DNA of 64,000 nt from contig CATNEN010000037.1 in assembly GCA_950097015.1 (NCBI GenBank), positions 2,170,001 through 2,234,000 of the forward strand. Direction: 5' to 3'. The notes under the pieces are model-generated. The model did not search any database and was not told the DNA's origin. It worked only from the letters and a program-made list of their open reading frames with translations. The translations under genes were made by a program, and so were the position numbers. This DNA comes from Macrostomum hystrix. Its lineage: Eukaryota > Animalia > Platyhelminthes. This document shows, in pieces, positions 1 through 12,990 of the stretch. Within the stretch, counting starts at the first letter, position 1; each line of letters opens with the position of its first letter.

Positions 1-449
1 AAAGCATGAATTTCATTTTTACAATTACAAGAATTTTAAACATATGCTTGAAGTATTTGCTCAGTTAAAAGTAAAAAAATAGAGGACTTAGTACACAAAG
101 AATGGTAAAAAAAACATTCTGCACCAATGTGAATAGTTCAGTACTGCCAATGAGTGCTACACATTTCACATTCCATTATGAGTATTGCCAATGAGTTCAG
201 CTGCAGAGTCTAAGAAGGCATTTACTGCTATGGAATTGAAGATGTACAGCCCTTTTAGGCTTCAACCTATTTTAAGGACTGCTTAAATGTACTGAAAATT
301 ACAGACAATAAATTTATGTACAGACAGAACTATAATAATGTAGCATTATTATGCTCATACAGCCTTGGCCGAAATTGCTATGGCCAAAACAGCTTCTGGC
401 CAAAGTGGCTATGGCCAAAACTGCATATGGCCGAAACGACCAGAATTCC

Positions 450-648
450 TGCATATAGCTGTTCAGTCCATGGACTGGGGGAATTCCACATCTACCTTCA
501 ACTATCCCTAATGCTGGTACCTATTTAACACCTGGATGAGCTGAAGCATGCAGAGTTGAGTGTCTTGCTAAAGGAGACAATTTGTTCCACTGAAGTTCCA
601 GCCTTTAAGTCCAATAGGCCTATCCTAACCACTAGGCTAATACCTCTT
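450..648 (-). mobile_element. SINE copy (same family), degraded
   Basis: The reverse complement shows TAGCCTAGTGGTTAG, CAAGACACTCAAC, GCTTCAGCTCATCCAGGTGTTAAATAGGTACC and CAGTCCATGGACTG. Confidence 0.75.
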
Positions 649-2608
649 CTAGGCTACAACTTTTTCTAGCTAAAACCTCGTCTGTTGACCTCTTTTACTT
701 TTGAATGAGGTAAATAAGGCAGTTATTACATACCAGTAATAGCCAGTACCTTATCTTTATTACTGGTAGCTATATATGTTTTGTACACCCCAGTTGTTCA
801 GTTGTTAAGTCTTTTTTGTAAAAAAATCACAATATAAATCACAATATAATAATAGTTCGTCTTTCTATTTGAAAATTGGATCAAATAGTTTCATAGTTAA
901 GTAGTTCAAGTTAGCCTAACTCAAACAATTGATGGAACTATTTGGAATCGCATCACGCTTCAACTAAATTTATTTTTTTTGTAAATAGAAGTTACACAGC
1001 AAAACAAATATTTCGCAATTAGATGTTTTATATCAAATTTTATATATGTATATTTTTAATACATACAAGCAGTTGCGCGTTTAGTATTAATATTTTTTTA
1101 ACTGCATAATAACGGTGTATGATTAGTATTTTGAAATTACTGTATAATCATTTTATTTCCATATTTTACTGTATTTTTATTATCTCCGATTATATTGTTA
1201 GTTTTTTGTCTACTGAACGCACTAAATGTCTAAAAAGAAGCCTTCAGAAAGGCTTCGCTCAGAGACAACAAAATATAGCAGAATTCGAGCTAGTAGTATT
1301 ATGTTATACTCTACTTTGAGTTTGATCATTATATACTGAACTGTTGCACAATTTCGTTTCACTGTTCAGTGTTAGCTATATTTGTATTACAGTTTAGCTA
1401 TTTAAAAAATTCAAGTATCTAGTAAGCTAGAGCTAGCATCTAGGCTAATTTAGTTTTATTGTGGATATGGTGTTAATCGTTTTTCTGGTTATTTACATTA
1501 CTTTGCTATATTGCTCAGTTTGCTGCATTTGCAATATAAACATTCCAAAAAGTAACAGCTCACAAAAAGGGCATTTTTAATTTAGCTAGGTAGGCATAGT
1601 ATTAGGCCTATTATTAAATCACATGGTCAGGACTATTCTGGCATCAGGCTAGTCCTACACACTACTGACTCAAAGAAGGGAATTTTGTAAATTCCAAAGC
1701 TCAAAGCTGTGGCAAAACAATTTTGTAGGAAATCATTATTTCCATCTGAATATTGAGATAAGTAAAGACAGAATAATTTTTATAGGCCTAGGCCTAATAT
1801 AATGGAAACATGTACAAAATTGAATGTCTATAATTTCAATGGCACTACAATTGTAATTTTGTTTTAGGTCTAAAAATAGTTATGTCAAGCTTAAAATACC
1901 ATAGTCTGGATCATGTAGTGCATGCTGGAATTTTCTGGCGTGTATTTGTTTTCAGCTGGCATGCGTGGCGTGCATTGGTATATATTTTAAGGGTTAGTGT
2001 ACACTTTGGTGTGCAAGGCATGCATGGCAATAGTGTAGGCTGTAGCGTGCAATTGTACATTGCATTTAAAAAGAGATCAAATATGTGTTTCATAGATCAG
2101 TATTTATTGGACTATAACTACAATAAATAAATAAATTGTTCTGCTTGATATTGCTTTTCTGTAAATACAAAAATGGAAGCAAGTTTGTCTCTTTAAAGTG
2201 AACAATGTGTTGTCTTTTTTATACAAATTATATGATGTGCCACATTGGTGTACACTGACGTGCAATTAGAAAAAACTCTGCATCCTTGGCATGCAAACCA
2301 TTTTTTTCACAATTTTTCTTCTGGTATACAGCCAACATGATCCGGACTATAGTTAAAATATGGTGACACCATTTAGTAAAGTTCCATCGCTAGAGCTTCA
2401 TCTATATTTACTACTAGAAAATCAGTTGTAAAAAATGCTATATTTAGTTACATTGTTTTATTAAACTTATTTGTTTATAGTGAATTGAGCTACATGTTTG
2501 GATTAAGTCCACTGGCTATAAAAATATATTTAATTTAGGCTTAATTTAACTTAATATAAAAAAATTCATCTTTACAATCTATTTAAATGTGCTATATATA
2601 TGCTTCTT

Positions 2609-3659
2609 CATACATGCGCAACACCCGGCCGATCCGGCCGGGTGACGAGCGGCCGAGCAAGGTAAGTCGCAAAAATGGCCACCCGAGAAAAAAATCGGAC
2701 AGAAAAAAACGAGCGGAAAAAAAGAAAAGAAGGCAGGAAAAGGAGGAAAGCAGAGAAAGGAAAGAAGAAAGGAAGGAAAGCAAATGGGGAAAGAAGCAAA
2801 AACGTGACAAAATCTGCAATCAGAGGCAACTTAGTCGCATTCCAAGGGAAGTAAGTCGCAATCAGAGGGAAGTAAGTCGCAATCAGAGGGAAGTAAGTCG
2901 CAATCAGAGGGAAGTAAGTCGCAATCAGAGGGAAGTAAGTCGCATTCAGAGGGAAGTAAGTCGCATTCAGAGGGAAGTAAGTCGCAATCAGAGGGAAGTA
3001 AGTCGCAATCAGAGGGAAGTAAGTCGCATTCAGAGGGAAGTAAGTCGCAATCAGAGGGAAGTAAGTCGCAATCAGAGGGAAGTAAGTCGCAATCAGAGGG
3101 AAGTAAGTCGCAATCAGAGGGAAGTAAGTCGCAATCAGAGGGAAGTAAGTCGCAATCAGAGGGAAGTAAGTCGCAATCAGAGGGAAGTAAGTCGCAATCA
3201 GAGGGAAGTAAGTCACATTCAGAGGGAAGTAAGTCATACAGTTAAAATTTCTCTCTGGCGTACATTTTATGGGCTACAGTTTGCTTCCCGGCGTACATTT
3301 GAAATATGAATTTCTGGCGTACAGTATGACACATTCGTGAGTATGGTGATGGTGATGTTGAGCCTCATGGTCTCCGGCACCACCTGGAAGATCCGATTGG
3401 ACAAGCAGGGAAGCAGCTTGACGGGCGACGCCACGCAGCTGACCTCACCAATTTCATTCACGCCGACGATCAAGTCGCCAGAGTGCACTCTGCTGCCAGC
3501 GGAAGACTAATTAGATGACGAGGCATTTTACTATTGCAACACAGTCATAGTTACCCCTGCCGTTTACCCAGATAAAAAATTTGGGCATAGGTATGTCGCA
3601 TTTTTTTTTAAAAACGAAGTCGCACGGCCGGTGTAAATTTGGGAGGTTGCGCATGTATG
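2609..3659. mobile_element. 1051-bp non-autonomous DNA transposon with 8-bp TSD (hAT- or P-like)
   Basis: Perfect 14-bp TIR CATACATGCGCAAC (2609-2622 / 3646-3659); direct repeat TGCTTCTT at 2601-2608 and 3660-3667; no transposase. Confidence 0.82.
2832..3237. repeat. 21-bp minisatellite (GTAAGTCGCAATCAGAGGGAA), ~19 copies, inside the TIR element
   Basis: Direct tandem periodicity. Confidence 0.95.
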
Positions 3660-4758
3660 TGCTTCTTTATTTTCTTGATAATTTTTTTGTAGATGTTCTT
3701 AAAGTAATTTTTATTTTCACACATAAGCACAACTTTTGAGGATATGATACAACATTGTATTTACCAATACATAGTTTAAAGCTAAAGCTAAATATATTTG
3801 TTTTTTCAGCACTTTAAATAATTTAACCATTATTAAATAGTATATAATAATCATCATATTATTATTTCCACCTAAAAACAAATAATGTTTTTAGAGGAAC
3901 TCTGGATCTCTTAGTCAGAAGTTGATGCTTATAGACTCCCTAGGGTTTGATGGGTTGGTGGCATTCTTTGGTTGGCAAAATTGAGTAATATGTACCTGTA
4001 TCCACTACAGATTTGCCAATAACATAAAAAGTTGCTCATCAGAAGTGCTAAATTAAGGCAAAGAAAATAAGAAAAAATTGTTTGTACACATCTTTTCAAT
4101 AATTTCAATACTTTCAAATAAATAAATATATATTGTTGCCCAAATAGCAGTTTCCTAAGTGACTTGTCAACAAAGTGGACCAATACCTGTAATCTGTGTA
4201 TACTTATAATCCATCTAAAATTCCATCTGAAATTTTTGTAGAATTACATCTGTTACATGAAAATGCCCAGCTAGCTACAATATAATTGCATATCATAGCT
4301 CATCCCCATGTTGATCTTTACCTACTATCTAGTAAAGGCAGCAAAAGCTACCTACTAATGAGGGACTAGGACTGGAATATCAGCACTTAGGTAATATATT
4401 TTTCTGACAAGCTCACTACAAACTTTGTGATTTTGCTTTATATATGTATTGCCATGCAAAGTTATTAGTTGAAAAATAATAACTTCATTTATAAACTTAT
4501 ACAACTCATACATTTCTAACATTGTGATTTTGTTATACTATTTGTCTGTTTTATATTTTTTATTGCTTTTTAAGCTGACTTAATTTAGAATTAAAAAAGC
4601 TTTTTCATAGAGTTACAGTTATAAAATAAATATCAGCAGTTTCAAAGGAAATTTCTTCTCTCGTTTTCTCAAATATTTTTACTTAATAATTAACATTATT
4701 TACTTCTAATTACCATATACTTTCAACTTTGCTTTCAGCTTGTGCATACAGTGCCACA

Positions 4759-4869
4759 ATGAAAATACCAGTCCTTTTCTTAGTTGCTAGCCTAAGCCTT
4801 GCTCAGGCATTTTACATACCAGGTATCGCACCTGTTGAATTTAACAAGGATGATTCAGTGGAGATCAAG
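4759..4869 (+). CDS. TM9SF4: TM9SF4 (transmembrane 9 superfamily) coding exon 1, signal peptide
   Basis: ATG at 4759 gives MKIPVLFLVASLSLAQAFYIPGIAPVEFNKDDSVEIK. It matches the TM9SF N-terminal motif FY(I/L)PG.AP; donor AAG|gtatgt at 4870, phase 0. Not in the ORF track. Confidence 0.88.
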
Positions 4870-5171
4870 GTATGTCAATTGTATATTTAAAAAATATAAC
4901 ATAAGAGCCTGTGTCCTGAAATTCTTATAATGCGCCACTTTCCTGACATTATAGTAATATCTCACTGTCCTGACATTCTGTAGCCTGTGTCCTGACATTG
5001 TAGTGCCTTTGTCCTGACATTCAGGAGCCTCTCTTCTGACACACCAAAAAATCCACCTTGATATTAAAATTATTACTTCAATTACATCAATATTTCATAT
5101 ACACACACTATGCTTTGTATTAGACCTACTTACCTACTCATTGCTCTGCTGTCCATTTCTCTCCATCGCAG

Positions 5172-5648
5172 GCCGTGAAGCTGACTAGTGTGAAGACCCA
5201 GTTGCCATACGAGTACTACTCCATGCCATTCTGTACGCCGGAGAAGGGCTTCGTCTACAAAGCAGAAAATCTTGGAGAAATTCTCAAAGGCGATCGCATA
5301 GTCAACACGCCCTACTTGTTGAAGGTTGGACGCGACGAGAAATGCCGACGCCTATGCGATATCCCACTGAAGGTGGAGCAGGCTGCCATGCTGGCCGATC
5401 GCATTCGCAACAAATACACCGTGCACCTGATGGCCGACAATCTGCCGGTGGCAACCAAATTCAAGATGCTGGGCACCGGCGAGACCCAGTACGAGTTGGG
5501 CTACCGTCTCGGCTACGAGCTCAAGGAGAAGGGACTTTTGTTTGTGCACAATCATTTAAAGTTTGTTGTTAGCTACAATCTGGACGATAAACAGATGTAT
5601 CGCATTGTTGGATTCGAAGTTGAACCGTCCTCGATTCGGGCTAGCCAG
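5172..5648 (+). CDS. TM9SF4: TM9SF4 coding exon 2
   Basis: Acceptor cgcag| at 5171; AVKLTSVKTQLPYEYYSMPFC...ENLGEILKGDRIVNTPY...DNLPV...YRIVGFEVEP (EMP70/TM9 lumenal domain); donor CAG|gtgaga, phase 0. Confidence 0.95.
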
Positions 5649-5724
5649 GTGAGATCATTTCGGTAATTATGGAGTACTCAAATATATAAAGGATAACTCT
5701 CAGCTCTGTTATTTATAAAGGTGA

Positions 5725-6292
5725 TATTCAATGGCTGTTGTATCTCAGGATGAGAATCAATGGCTGATATATCTCAGGATGAGATTCAATGGTTGTTATA
5801 TCTCAGGGTGAGATTCAATGGTTGTTATATCTCAGGGTGAGATTCAATGGTTGTTATATCTCAGGATGAAATTCAATGGTAGTTATATCTCAGGGTGAGA
5901 TTCAATGGTTGTTATATCTCAGGATGAAATTCAATGGCTGTTATATCTCAGGATGAGATTCAATGGTTGTTATATCTCAGGATGAGATTCAATGGTTGTT
6001 ATATCTCAGGATGAGATTCAATGGTTGTTATATCTCAGGATGAGATTCAATGGTTGTTATATCTCAGGATGAAATTCAATGGTTGTTATATCTCAGGATG
6101 AGATTCAATGGTTGTTATATCTCAGGATGAAATTCAATGGCTGTTATATCTCAGGATGAGATTCAATGGTTGTTATATCTCAGGATGAAATTCAATGGTT
6201 GCTATATCTCAGGATGAGATTCAATGGTTGTTATATCTCAGGATGAAATTCAATGGCTGTTATATCTCAGGATGACATTCAATGGCTGTTAT
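5725..6292. repeat. 29-bp minisatellite (GGTTGTTATATCTCAGGATGAGATTCAAT), ~19 copies, TM9SF4 intron 2
   Basis: Period 29 checked. Confidence 0.95.
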
Positions 6293-6335
6293 ATTCTTAT
6301 AGTTTTTTTCATTTTAACTCTAAAAAAATCTGCAG

Positions 6336-6995
6336 GTATCCTTCGACGCCGACCGGTGCGTCTTCAAGGAGGAGACCGGCAGCCGACTGGAGCCGCAGCA
6401 GGTCACTGACAACCTGGATAAGTTAGTTTACACCTATGAAGTTGTCTGGCGCCCGTCAAAGGTGCCGTGGTCCAGCCGCTGGGACATCTACCTGACAATG
6501 CAGGACTTCCAGATTCACTGGTTCTCCATCATCAATTCGATTGTTATCATCTTCTTCCTGGCTGGCGTTGTCACAATGATCATGGTGCGCACTCTGCGTC
6601 GCGACATTGCCAAATACAATCGGGACGACGATCTTGAGGAGACATTGGAAGAGACCGGCTGGAAGCTAGTCCACGGCGATGTGTTCAGGCCGCCAAGGCG
6701 GGCCCGCCTGCTAATAGCCCTGGTTGGATCTGGTGTACAACTGTTCATGATGTTCCTGTCCACCATCTGCCTGGCCGCGCTCGGCATGCTTAGTCCGGCT
6801 AGTCGGGGCAGCTTGATGACGGCCGCCACATTCTTTTACGTGTTCTCCGGCCTAGTGTCTGGCTATTTCTCCGCTCGCATGTACAAGACTATGAAGGGTG
6901 TGCAGTGGAAATCCGCCGCCCTGCTTACCGGCCTGCTGCTACCGGCTATTGTGCTGGGCACCGGCTTCTTTATTAACTTCTTCGTGTGGGCCAAG
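6336..6995 (+). CDS. TM9SF4: TM9SF4 coding exon 3
   Basis: Acceptor tgcag|; continues into RWDIYL...IHWFSIINS...LRRDIAKYN...ETGWKLVHGDVFRPP, the hallmark TM9SF motifs; donor AAG|gtaaat. Confidence 0.96.
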
Positions 6996-7303
6996 GTAAA
7001 TTGTTACCTTTTTATTGCTTAGATTTGGAGTAAAGCTATTCTTGTCTATCTCATGCTATTGATCCTATGTACTTAGTATCAGATCTTCATGTAGATCCAA
7101 TATCTAATGTCTAGACTTTCGATGTTATTTATTATATCCTTAGTAAAAATCGCCATCCATTCTATCTTAGCTATAATCTAATCTGTTTTAGAATCTGGAT
7201 TTAGATAATCAAATCCACCCAGATTTTATTAAAGATACAAACTCATGCAGTTGTTTTCTCAGTAACTTATTTAAAATGTGTTTCTTTCAAATTCGCTAAT
7301 CAG

Positions 7304-7678
7304 GCTTCATCCGGTGCTGTGCCATTCGGCACAATGGTCGCCCTGCTGGCCCTCTGGCTGTGCGTCTCCGTGCCCCTCGTGATGGCCGGCTCGTTCTTCG
7401 GCTTCCGCAAGCAGCCCTACGAGCATCCGGTGCGTACTAATCAGATTCCGCGAGCCGTCCCAGATCAGAAATGGTACAGCAACGTTCTAGTGTCCATTCT
7501 CATCACCGGCATCCTGCCATTTGGCGCCGTTTTCATTGAACTGTTCTTCATCCTGACCGCCATATGGGAGAAGCAGTTCTACTATTTGTTCGGCTTCCTT
7601 TTGGCCGTTTACATCATCCTCATCATTAGCTGCGCCCAGATCTCCGTTGTGATGACCTATTTTCAGCTGTGTGCCGAG
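7304..7678 (+). CDS. TM9SF4: TM9SF4 coding exon 4
   Basis: Acceptor gctaatcag|; [11 protein letters not shown]...PVRTNQIPR...[16 protein letters not shown]...YFQLCAE; donor GAG|gtttgt. Confidence 0.95.
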
Positions 7679-7781
7679 GTTTGTACTATTAGTATTTGTA
7701 AACAAGAATAATTTCCTCAAGACCCTTTTTTCATATCTCCAGTACAAAAGGGCAACGATCTGCTTCACTACGCTGATTAGT

Positions 7782-7990
7782 TGGGTGGGTGTCAGTGCTG
7801 GCGGCGGAGAAATGGGATGGGTGTCAGCGCTGGCGGTGGAAATGAGGTGGGTGTCAGTGCTGGCGGCGGAGAAATGGGATGGGTGTCAGCGCTGGCGGTG
7901 GAAATGAGGTGGGTGTCAGCGCTGGCGGCGGGGAAATGAGGTGGGTGTCGGCGCTGGCGGCGGAGAAATGAGGTGGGTGTCGGCGCTCGC
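7782..7990. repeat. ~31-bp GC-rich minisatellite (GGGTGTCAGCGCTGGCGGCGGAAATGAGGT-like), ~7 copies, TM9SF4 intron 4
   Basis: Tandem periodicity. Confidence 0.85.
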
Positions 7991-8407
7991 GTTGGTGTGA
8001 CTGTCCACATGCTCGCTGTCGGCGGTGGCGGGGGATTTAAAATTTGTCGAATTCGGCACAATGACATTTAAATAGTTATGTACATTCCTATATGTATATG
8101 AATCTAGTAATTTAGAAGCTAAAGGGTTAAAAATACTAAGACCCTTGAAATTGGGTTGACATTCTGTTTCTTTTAGAAATCCAGTCCCTACAAGTGGATA
8201 TATGCTTAAATTCATCCTAAAATGCAGATAATAATTCTGGCTATCGTGCGGAGTTAGTACACCGCGATACCTAATCAAGACACGTGTCTCTTATTAGGAC
8301 GTCCTTTTGTGTGTTTATATAATTGCCTAGGTTTGTATAATGATCACAGTATAAGCTGCTAATTCGGCGCACGTTATAACAAACGAATTGTAATTTGTAC
8401 TTGGCAG

Positions 8408-8497
8408 GACTATCACTGGTGGTGGCGCTCCTTTATCATTTCGGGCGGCTGCGCCTTCTACGTGCTGATCTACTCCATCTTTTACTTTGTCACTAAG
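8408..8497 (+). CDS. TM9SF4: TM9SF4 coding exon 5
   Basis: Acceptor ggcag|; [30 protein letters not shown] (conserved EDY.WWWRSF motif across the junction); donor AAG|gtgagt. Confidence 0.93.
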
Positions 8498-8632
8498 GTG
8501 AGTTCATTTGTTTGCTCTATTGTGCCGATAATTACTAAGGTGCGGCGAATTCAATTAGTAACTAATTAAGACAGTTTAATTGCAGTAGTTAGTTATTTTG
8601 AGCTTACTTCCTTAAAATTCCTAAAATGTTGG

Positions 8633-10240
8633 AGAATGGCTGGTAGATGGGCAGGGCAGGTAAGAGAATGGCTGGTAGATGGGCAGGTCAGGTAAGAGAA
8701 TGGCTGGTAGATGGGCAGGGCAGGTAAGAGAATGGCTGGTAGATGGGCAGGTCAGGTAAGAGAATGGCTGGTAGATGGGCAGGGCAGGTAAGAGAATGGC
8801 TGGTAGATGGGCGGGGCAGGTAAGAGAATGGCTGGTAGATGGGCAGGGCAGGTAAGAGAATGGCTGGTAGATGGGCAGGTCAGGTAAGAGAATGGCTGGT
8901 AGATGGGCAGGGCAGGTAAGAGAATGGCTGGTAGATGGGCGGGGCAGGTAGGAGTATGGCTGGTAGATGGGCGGGGCAGGTAGGAGAATGGCTGGTAGAT
9001 GGGCGGGGCAGGTAGGAGAATGGCTGGTAGATGGGCGGGGCAGGTAAGAGAATGGCTGGTAGATGGGCGGGGCAGGTAGGAGAATGGCTGGTAGATGGGC
9101 GGGGCAGGTAGGAGTATGGCTGGTAGATGGGCGGGTCAGGTAGGAGAATGGCTGTTAGATGGGCGGGGCAGGTAAGAGAATGGCTGGTAGATGGGCGGGT
9201 CAGGTAAGAGAATGGCTGGTAGATGGGCAGGTCAGGTAAGAGAATGGCTGGTAGATGGGCAGGGCAGGTAAGAGAATGGCTGGTAGATGGGCAGGTCAGG
9301 TAAGAGAATGGCTGGTAGATGGGCAGGGCAGGTAAGATAATGGCTGGTAGATGGGCGGGGCAGGTAAGAGAATGGCTGTTATATGGGCGGGGCAGGTAAG
9401 AGAATGGCTGGTAGATGGGCGGGGCAGGTAGGAGTATGGCTGGTAGATGGGCGGGTCAGGTAGGAGAATGGCTGTTAGATGGGCGGGGCAGGTAAGAGAA
9501 TGGCTGGTAGATGGGCGGGGCAGGTAAGAGAATGGCTGTTATATGGGCGGGGCAGGTAAGAGAATGGCTGGTAGATGGGCGGGGCAGGTAAGAGAATGGC
9601 TGGTAGATGGGCGGGTCAGGTAAGAGAATGGCTGGTAGATGGGCGGGTCAGGTAAGAGAATGGCTGGTAGATGGGCGGGTCAGGTAAGAGAATGGCTGGT
9701 AGATGGGCGGGGCAGGTAATAGAATGGCTGGTAGATGGGCGGGGCAGGTAAGAGAATGGCTGGTAGATGGGCGGGGCAGGTAAGAGAATGGCTGTTATAT
9801 GGGCGGGGCAGGTAAGAGAATGGCTGGTAGATGGGCGGGGCAGGTAAGAGAATGGCAGGTAGATGGGCGGCGCAGGTAAGAGAATGGCTGTTATATGGGC
9901 GGGGCAGGTAAGAGAATGGCTGGTAGATGAGCGGGGCAGGTAAGAGAATGGCTGGTAGATGGGCGGGGCAGGTAAGAGAATGGCTGTTATATGGGCGGGG
10001 CAGGTAAGAGAATGGCTGGTAGATGGGCGGGGCAGGTAAGAGAATGGCTGGTAGATGGGCGGGGCAGGTAGGAGAATGGCTGTTATATGGGCGGGGCAGG
10101 TAAGAGAATGGCTGGTAGATGGGCGGGGCAGGTAAGAGAATGGCTGGTAGATGGGCGGGGCAGGTAAGAGAATGGCTGTTAGATGGGCGGGGCAGGTAGG
10201 AGAATGGCTGTTAGATGGGCGGGGCAGGTAAGAAAATGGT
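8633..10240. repeat. 32-bp minisatellite (AGAATGGCTGGTAGATGGGCGGGGCAGGTAAG), ~50 copies, TM9SF4 intron 5
   Basis: Period 32 checked. Confidence 0.97.
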
Positions 10241-10303
10241 AGACAAGCAAGTGGGTTATTAAGAGGCGTCACTAACATGCTTTCCTGTCTCGGCCCCACC
10301 CAG

Positions 10304-10453
10304 CTAAATCTCACCGACTTTGTGTCTGTGATCCTGTACTTTGGCTACTCGATGCTAATGGTGATTGTATTCTGGATCTTCACCGGCACAGTCGGCTTCT
10401 ACGCCTCCTATTGGTTTGTTCGCCGCATCTACGGCGCTATTAAGATCGATTGA
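10304..10453 (+). CDS. TM9SF4: TM9SF4 terminal coding exon 6
   Basis: Branch-like actaac at ~10271 and acceptor cccag|; LNLTDFVSVILYFGYS...TGTVGFYASYWFVRRIYGAIKID*. The C-terminal KxD motif and the RxIY..(V/I)KID ending resemble TM9SF4 most; subfamily assignment is from memory of family sequences. Confidence 0.92.
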   Translation, partial: LNLTDFVSVILYFGYSMLMVIVFWIFTGTVGFYASYWFVRRIYGAIKID

Positions 10454-11679
10454 GATCAAATTTCAAGACACTATTTTAGCGGCTGACAAAGCATCACTTA
10501 CCTAAAATTATATCAGGCTGTAAGGTGACCGGATTGACGAACAATTCAATATTGATCTTATTTTATTATACAAAGCTGCGGTTTGAACATTTTAAAGCCT
10601 GGTTTGATATATTTATATAATTATTTGTATTCTTATTAATTATATTTGCTTGAGTAAAAATCTATATTTATTTAACTTTGTAGAATTCACAGAATTTTAG
10701 TTAACAAATGCACTCATTCAAAACGTGTTTTTTTCAAAAATAATAATAGGAGATGAACAAGACTAAGTTATTGTTTATTTATTGCCTCTAAACTTCTTTC
10801 TCCAATTAACTAGGCTTGTTTTTTTATTGGTTTTTTGTCAGTGGTTGTTGTACACAGATAGCTTCGTGCTTATTTATTTAGTGATTATCAATATTCAAGT
10901 GGCAAAAATGCTACTCCATCCAAATTCTGTCAGCTATCTGTCGCAGTCTTCAGTAAGATGAATTAAAATAAAAGTATAGTTTTTCAAATCTCTGTATCTA
11001 GCTGTCTTTGTGCCGTGAAAGAACTTGCGCGCGTGTCTCTTCGACACTTTAATCTAACTTCGATTGCCAACCTCTTTTACCTATGTAATGTGTTTATTAG
11101 GTCACTAAGGTTTCGCCACTAAACTGTAGTGCCTGCTAACCTGACTATTGTTTTTTAGTTTCATCACTAATGTTAATCACTATTGAATGTTGAAATTACG
11201 AGTACCTGTCAAGTAGTTAACTTGTTCTTTGCTCTGTTGGTTATCGTTTGAGTTTTTCAACATCCAGACTTGAGCATAAATCTGACGTGAAATGATAGAA
11301 ATCTCTTTATTTATTGGAAGTCTTGAGTCTACTATTTATTAAGTGTGTTGGCGTACTGAACTTTCTGAAATTCAATATTTATGTAGATTTCTCGTTTTCC
11401 AGATATCAAACTTCAGTTTTATGCGTAATGAATACCTTTTTATCACAAAGCAAAATCTTTTTTTCTATGCACATTTGAGCTAAGGTGGTAGTTGTAAGGT
11501 TATTATTACAATAATAGAAATTTTCATTGACTTTAAGTTGACTCTTATATTTGTATGCTCCTTCTATGTTATATAATTTCATGTGTTTACTATATGTACA
11601 ACCTACATAAGTTTTTTGTCGTTTGGGTTTTCAAATCAGTTCTCTTTTTTATCAGCGTAGCTTCTGTCTGTGTTACTGA

Positions 11680-11685
11680 AATAAA
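11680..11685 (+). promoter_or_regulatory. Candidate polyadenylation signal of TM9SF4 (3' UTR ~1.2 kb)
   Basis: AATAAA followed by a T-rich tract. Confidence 0.45.
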
Positions 11686-11857
11686 GTTTTCTTTCTTAAC
11701 AGTTTTTTATTTTCAAATTTATTATGAAGCTTAAAGTGCACTCTAGCTACTCATTCCATCTAGCTGTAAGTGCACCTATTTCCCTTGTCTGAAATTGATT
11801 TTGTTAAAATATAACATTGACCTTGTAAAGCAATCTAGTACTTTTTTCATTTTTTCG

Positions 11858-12215
11858 TAGCAGGTAATAGAACAGCCTGATCTAGCAGCTAATAGAACAG
11901 CCAGATCTAGCAGCTAATAGAACAGCCTGATCTAGCAGCTAATAGAACAGCCAGATCTAGCAGCTAATAGAACAGCCAGATCTAGCAGCTAATAGAACAG
12001 CCAGATCTAGCAGCTAATAGAACAGCCAGATCTAGCAGCTAATAGAACAGCCAGATCTAGCAGCTAATAGAACAGCCAGATCTAGCAGCTAATAGAACAG
12101 CCAGATCTAGCAGCTAATAGAACAGCCAGATCTAGCAGCTAATAGAACAGCCAGATCTAGCAGCTAATAGAACAGCCAGATCTAGCAGCTAATAGAACAG
12201 CCAGATCTAGCAGCT
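11858..12215. repeat. 25-bp minisatellite (CTAGCAGCTAATAGAACAGCCAGAT), ~14 copies
   Basis: Period 25 checked. Confidence 0.95.
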
Positions 12216-12799
12216 TAGATAGATAGATTGGGTTAGTGAAGAAAACTTCATATAAATATTTTGCATAATTGTAATTAATGTCGACCTGTATCGTTAGTTT
12301 CTGATTAAGTGAATTATCAAACTCTGTGGGGCATGTTTGTTAGTTTTTACTGTTTTTTATGTCGTACAATAATCATTTCTTCGCTTCGTTTAATAAGCAT
12401 ACTCTATTTTCAGTTTCTAAGCGGTTTAGCGGAAAGGATAATCTGTCCTTTATAGATGCTGATAGTTTGTATCTACGCTTTTGTGTTTCTTGTTCTGAAA
12501 TTTTCTGTGCCCGGCTTGTTTCACTTTTGTTTATTGTGGTGAATTGAAAACAACAAAATAACAATGTGCGCGCCGTTGCCCACAGTGTGTGTTCTGTCGC
12601 GAACATTTTCTAATACTTGACGCTCATTATTATAACTAATAACCCTAAACTTTAACGAATAAAGGAGGCACAAATAGACATCGTTCTTTGCGCTTTAGAT
12701 CGCGTTCCCGTGGCTTGGTGACTTATTTCTTGATTGTTATTTTCTAGATTTATATTTCATCAGCCAGCTTTGCTTTATGAAAGAAAGACTGAAAGAAAC

Positions 12800-12990
12800 G
12801 GAACTTGTAGTCGTTTAGTGCTTCGGACTTCTGACCAGGAGTTCGGAAGTTCGAATCTGGCCCAACTGAAGCAGTTTGTAAGCAAGAGTTCTAGCTCTAG
12901 GGAAACGGGTCTAGTGGGGACGGCATTGAAATTCGGGTGGGTGTTCCAGCTTCCCCAGTCCATGGACTGAACACAGCTGTACTCACCCTT
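12800..12990 (+). mobile_element. Degraded SINE-related copy upstream of PSMA3
   Basis: tRNA-like GGACTTCTGACC...GTTCGAATC and CAGTCCATGGACTGAAC. Confidence 0.55.

Noticed and set aside
1-295. Possible start of a minus-strand gene at the left edge (acceptor near 293, ATG near 16)
   Set aside because: Only five codons lie in the window; there is not enough evidence.
2587-3309. 240-aa Lys/Arg-rich ORF with REVSRNQ heptads
   Set aside because: It lies within a TIR element and derives from an A-rich tract plus a 21-bp minisatellite.
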